This document shows positions 59,725 to 64,000 of a stretch of 64,000 nt of DNA, piece after piece. The notes under the pieces were generated by a model. That model was not told the DNA's origin, searched no databases, and worked only from the letters and a program-made list of their open reading frames with translations. A program made the position numbers and the translations under genes. The stretch is from Syntrophales bacterium. Its GTDB lineage: Bacteria; Desulfobacterota; Syntrophia; Syntrophales; UBA2210. Positions within the stretch are counted from its first letter, which is position 1, and each line of letters begins with the position of its first letter. The stretch spans positions 320,001-384,000 of the forward strand of contig CAXXNF010000001.1 in NCBI GenBank assembly GCA_963666365.2. Direction: 5' to 3'.

Positions 59725-60633
59725 TCATGGATTCATTATCCCCGATATTGCTCCATATGCAGCCAGATCCATCGCAAAACCGACTTCTGCAAGTGAAGGT
59801 GCCATGCCAAGCAGCCCTCCTACTCCCCCTACGAGTGTATTTATCGTAGTTGCTGCAACAAAATCAACTACTCCAATTTTTCCTTCTTTATATGCGTTCC
59901 ATAAATCTTTTTCTGTAACTACAAAATTAGCGACGTCAAATGCTACGGAGAGAGGTCCCATCCCTTGCACTGCTACATCTCCAACTTAAATAGCATCTTT
60001 AAAAGCTTGTTTTGCAGCTTCTTTTTTTTCCTTCTGACTTTTCTTTGCACTTTCCTCTTGATGAGCTGGTTCCTTTCCCCTTGCTTCTGAATCCGATGTT
60101 TCATTTCCATCATCACTGCTGCTAGGGTCACTTAGTCCATCTATAGAATTATTGGTATTATCATTAACATCTGTGTATCCCCCACCCGATGCATCACTTG
60201 AGCCGCCCGGCCCCGTTTCAGCTGAATCAGCCGTGTCTGCATCGCCGTACCCACCATAATTTTGTCCGTTCGGGTCCACATAGATCAACGGATTGTTAAG
60301 ACAATAACTGTACCGGTTCAGACTCTGGGGGTTATAGAGGTCAGGAATGATGATATCTGCACAAATAAACCGTCCGATGACCGGATCGTAAAGGCGAGCG
60401 CCGTAGTTGTAGAGCCCCGTTTCGGCATCCAGTTCCTGATCTGTGAACTTGTAGGCGGTGAGATCGGTGCCTTCATGTATCCGCATGGAACCGAAGGGCA
60501 TGTATTCTGTCCTCTCTTCCCAACTGATTCCGTTACTATCGGTCATCACGGTTGAGCTTCCCAGGTGGTCCTTATGGAAGTAAAACGTTCCTTCAGTTGA
60601 GATCTTGGCGATCCGCAGGTGCCCGGCAAAGAC
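59725..60633 (-). pseudogene. Orphan Rhs core-end + tip (module 2) with in-frame TAA at 59986-59988
   Basis: VFAGHLRIAKIS...DPNG...KDAI*VGDVAVQGMG; ORFs 59986-60549 and 59725-59970 are in the same frame. Confidence 0.88.
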
Positions 60634-60644
60634 GGTTTTTTAGA

Positions 60645-61342
60645 TCGAAGTAGAAACCCACACCCTATGGGTGTGGTCATGTGGGATTGGCTGCGCCGGT
60701 CCCGAATGGGGATGGCCACACAGGCCGCTCACTGCTATCCTTGCTTAGAGTTGTTAGCCGCAACATAAGAGCAAGGAGGAAGCAGTGAGCAGTGAGCAGA
60801 TTTCACAAGTTATCACATACGATATGGCATTGTCAGTACCATATTGTGAGGGTTCCGAAATACAGATACAGGATTCTGACCGGTGCAGTTTGCGATGCGG
60901 CAGAGTCAGGGATTCATGCGATATGCGGCTATGCAGGCTGTGAAATAGTAGAGTTGAATGTATGTACAGCGGGATCATGTACACCTTGTGATAATGATAC
61001 CGCCGAAGCTGTCGATATCGAATTTGATGGGGCGGGTGAAAGGTCAGACATCAATGAAGATGTTTCATCAATTTCGAGAACTGCGGAAGAAGCCCTATTA
61101 GGGGAATCATTTTTGGGCAAAAGGATATTGTTGTGTTGACATGGTTGGTCTGAATGTCGAAATGATTCGGAAGTATGTCCGATATCAGGAGAAAAAAGAG
61201 AGGCAGGAAGAGCAACTGAGGTTAGATTAAGAGCACAGAGAGATGCGGTGCAACTCGTTAGCCCCGCCCCTCAGGGGGCAGGGGCTAAATCCCCCTATGG
61301 GGGATAAATTAAAGCCGCGTCCTGTGGGCGCGGATTATTTAC
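60645..61342 (+). mobile_element. IS200/IS605-family element (tnpA only), inactivated; ends approximate
   Basis: Subterminal hairpins ccacaccc-tat-gggtgtgg (left) and ccgcgtcc-tgt-gggcgcgg (right); tnpA inside. Confidence 0.8.
60792..61230 (+). pseudogene. tnpA: IS200 TnpA (HUH Y1 transposase) pseudogene
   Basis: HCQYHIV..PKYR; 4-bp duplication near 60960 shifts the frame before DHVHL; TAG in KKPY*GNHFWAKGY; ends YVRYQE...LD*. Confidence 0.88.
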
Positions 61343-61359
61343 TCTATAGTCAACTGCCC

Positions 61360-61896
61360 TTATTCACCGTCTTTTTCACCGCCTTTGAATTCAAGGTTGT
61401 CGATAACGGGCTTGAAATACCTATAATTTCCTGAAGGACCATTATATGTTATTACAACATTTTTAGGAATTATGATCAAATTACTAGATAGTTCTCCTTT
61501 TTTTTCCCCTTTTCCGTTGAAGAAAAACGTTCGATACCCTTTATATGTACCTTCCCAATATTCATTATAATAAAATCCTTGTCTTGCCATACCTTCGATG
61601 AATTCCGATAAGCTTTTTTTACAGGAATTTATATCTAAAAGTCCAATTCTCAATCCTCCTTCTTTTTCGTCGTCATTGAGAAACGTTGCAACAATGGCTC
61701 TACCCTCGATGCCGTACATCATTCCCTTTTCCAATTTAACAGATATCTCCCCCAATTCTATTGGCCCCCAGATTTTAACCATCCAGTAAAAAGAGTATAT
61801 GTGAGGGAAAAACCTTAAGAAAACAATTAGTAGGCAAACAAAAAAAAGAAGCGAGAAAACTATTACTTTTACGCGTGGATTGCTTCGCATATTCAA
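61360..61896 (-). CDS. Candidate cognate immunity protein of the main Rhs (N-terminal TM + periplasmic domain)
   Basis: TTG start with aaggaggag; AT-rich; directly after the Rhs stop. Confidence 0.72.
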   Translation of the reverse strand: MNMRSNPRVKVIVFSLLFFVCLLIVFLRFFPHIYSFYWMVKIWGPIELGEISVKLEKGMMYGIEGRAIVATFLNDDEKEGGLRIGLLDINSCKKSLSEFIEGMARQGFYYNEYWEGTYKGYRTFFFNGKGEKKGELSSNLIIIPKNVVITYNGPSGNYRYFKPVIDNLEFKGGEKDGE

Positions 61897-61954
61897 ATTT
61901 GCTCCTCCTTATGGTGTGATATGAAAAACTATACACTTGACACGATGACTGATT

Positions 61955-64000
61955 TTATGGTTTTGCTTTTACTCCTCTCCACGCTTTAAGCAATGATTCT
62001 GGGCTGTAAATGTCTATGGTGATCTGTTTTCCTGCCTTGGTCATGTTATCTTCAAAACTATTAACAGCGTTTCGGAAGTTTGCTGTACTTTTCTGCTGAA
62101 CATCGATAAGTTCTTTTGTCGTTGCCCCTTTCATTGCTTTTTCATATACATTCAAACTCGGTATTGACTCTCTTGCCTCTTTTAAATCCTTACCCGCTTC
62201 TACCAAAGTGTGAAAAGGTTCGCAATCCATAAGCGCCTCTCCAAATTTATTGAAAATATGACTAGCATCTGCATAATACACGGTATGCTCATTGTTTCTT
62301 TTAGTCTGCTTCATAAACTCTCTAACTTTTTCCACGTCTTTAAGACTCTGTGGCAAATCAGTTTGGTTGGGATCGCACGATTCCACAGAAATTCCCGTGG
62401 TACAGTTTCCAAGGGTTGTCATATTCCCCGTGCTCATGCCCATTGCAGCATCCGCAGCATCAGCCATAGCCTGATCACTGTCACTCCATCCGCCTCCATC
62501 TTCACCTTCGCCATCGCTAGATTCATGTCCGTTCGGGTCCACATAGATCAACGGGTTGTTGAGACAATAACTGTATCGGTTCAGACTCTGGGGGTTATAG
62601 AGGTCAGGAATGATGATATCCGCACAAATAAACCTTCCGATGACAGGATCGTAAAGGCGGGCACCGTAATTGTAGAGCCCCGTTTCGGCATCCAGTTCCT
62701 GATCGGTGAACTTGTAGGCGCTGACATCAATGCCCGTATGGTCTCGCATGGAACCGAAGGGCATGTAGTCGGTGGTCTCAGTGGTGCCAACTCCGTAAAA
62801 GTCGGTCATCACAGTGGAGCTTCCCAGGTGGTCCTTATGGAAGTAAAACGTTCCTTCAGTTGAGATCTTGGTAACCCTCAAGTTCCCGGCAAAAATGTAC
62901 TTCGTGGCAGAACCATCGATAATTTCATAATGATCGCCAATGTAAAGAGTAGTACCGCCCCCAACTTTCTTGGCCCGCTTTCCTTCGCCGTCGTACGTAA
63001 ATGTCACCGTGCCCCCCGTGCTGTGGTGAATTGATGTAGGCATGTTGTCGGCATTATAACTGATTGCGGTTCGTTGGGCAACTGAACCCAGGTTGGTGAA
63101 GTCGGGACCGGTGAGCATATTTCCGTTGCCGTCGTACGTAAAGGCCTGGGGGTTGCCGTTCAGTGTAATGGAACTGACGGCATGCTTATGGTCATTATTT
63201 GCATAAGTATAGGTCAAGGTATTCGCGCCCACTGTCTTGGAAGTGATATTGCCGATGGCGTTGTAGGTAAAGCTCACCGCCGGGCGTCCGCTGCTGTTGG
63301 TTTCGCTTACGAGGCGGTGGAGTGCATCGTAGCTGTAAGAATAGGTAATGGATCTTGTATTATCGACAATAGAATCGATGTCGCCCGCCCGAGTATAGGC
63401 GTAGATCCGCTGCTGGAGTGACGTGTTCTGGCTGTCATGGGTGACTATATCGGTTAAACGAGTCGATTCAGCGTCATACGTATAGGTCGTGGTTGTGCTG
63501 TTCCCGTAGTCGACGAGGCCGATCTTGCCTTCCGGCGTATAGTTTACGAAGGAGGCATACGGTGTCACACCCTGCATCACGTTGTCGATCAGGCCGGAAC
63601 CGGCATGGTAGGTGTAGGTTATTGTTGTCGAATCGGGATAGGTGATAGCGGCAGTCTTTCCCGAGAGGTCGTACTGATAGCCCGTTGTGTAGGGACCGGC
63701 ACCGTCGATTATACGGGTGATGGTCGTGGGACGGCCCATAGCGTCGTAAGCGGCATAGGTGGTGCTGGTGGCCCCCCTGGACACCTGGTAGAGATAAGGC
63801 TTGCCGTGTGTTGCATTGTCGTAGAAATAGTACACGGTAGGATCACCGGTGGAGTAAGTTTTCGTGAGAATTCGATTCAGTTCGTCGTAGGTCATGGTGA
63901 TGGTCTGGTACTCACTGTCCGTCTGCTGGGTGAGGTTGTCGTTTGCGTCGTAGGCAAAGGACCAGGAACCCAGGTCGGGATCGGCCATTTCGATCTTACG
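61955..64000 (-). CDS. Rhs/YD-repeat polymorphic toxin, 3' part (continues beyond the window)
   Basis: Many YD repeats, DHLGS, FTDQELDAETGLYNYGARLYDP, NPLIYVDPNG autoproteolysis motif, ~190-aa tip. Confidence 0.95.
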   Translation of the reverse strand, partial: RKIEMADPDLGSWSFAYDANDNLTQQTDSEYQTITMTYDELNRILTKTYSTGDPTVYYFYDNATHGKPYLYQVSRGATSTTYAAYDAMGRPTTITRIIDGAGPYTTGYQYDLSGKTAAITYPDSTTITYTYHAGSGLIDNVMQGVTPYASFVNYTPEGKIGLVDYGNSTTTTYTYDAESTRLTDIVTHDSQNTSLQQRIYAYTRAGDIDSIVDNTRSITYSYSYDALHRLVSETNSSGRPAVSFTYNAIGNITSKTVGANTLTYTYANNDHKHAVSSITLNGNPQAFTYDGNGNMLTGPDFTNLGSVAQRTAISYNADNMPTSIHHSTGGTVTFTYDGEGKRAKKVGGGTTLYIGDHYEIIDGSATKYIFAGNLRVTKISTEGTFYFHKDHLGSSTVMTDFYGVGTTETTDYMPFGSMRDHTGIDVSAYKFTDQELDAETGLYNYGARLYDPVIGRFICADIIIPDLYNPQSLNRYSYCLNNPLIYVDPNGHESSDGEGEDGGGWSDSDQAMADAADAAMGMSTGNMTTLGNCTTGISVESCDPNQTDLPQSLKDVEKVREFMKQTKRNNEHTVYYADASHIFNKFGEALMDCEPFHTLVEAGKDLKEARESIPSLNVYEKAMKGATTKELIDVQQKSTANFRNAVNSFEDNMTKAGKQITIDIYSPESLLKAWRGVKAKP

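Noticed and set aside
60940..60975. Programmed frameshift in IS200 tnpA
   Set aside because: It is a 4-bp duplication with an additional downstream nonsense codon, consistent with decay.

Overview
Bacterial chromosomal window, most likely from an anaerobic Desulfobacterota/deltaproteobacterium. That assignment is inferred from gene content only: HDOD and DUF3795 genes, dockerin-tagged secreted proteins and IS1634. Positions 1-50 kb are mostly metabolic, signalling and envelope genes. They include an AtoE-BKACE-3-hydroxyacid dehydrogenase cluster, glnS, a DEAD-box helicase, an RsbV/RsbW/SBP/RsbU partner-switching operon, a ~2870-aa repeat-built surface protein, a hybrid kinase, a second dockerin protein, a PlpD-type patatin/Omp85 protein, a Liv-type ABC transporter, an acyl-CoA ligase, ettA and an RND pump. 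From ~50 kb to the end is a variable island. It contains an Rhs relic, an IHF fragment, hicAB, a RAYT-like remnant with REP-like repeats, a dockerin + 4x FGE/C-type-lectin-fold protein whose DGR-type variable loops differ in every domain, an intact IS1634 (TIRs and 6-bp TSD visible), a dead IS200, and an Rhs polymorphic-toxin array with orphan C-terminal modules and membrane immunity candidates. The best novelty candidates are (i) three unrelated secreted proteins sharing one dockerin-like tag with no cohesin in view, (ii) the tetravalent CLec protein with a DGR-like codon signature but no RT or TR in the window, and (iii) Rhs tips with no recognisable toxin motif that also appear to swap at a second point inside the tip. 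No rRNA, tRNA, CRISPR array or reverse transcriptase was seen. All assignments are by eye; no database searches were run.
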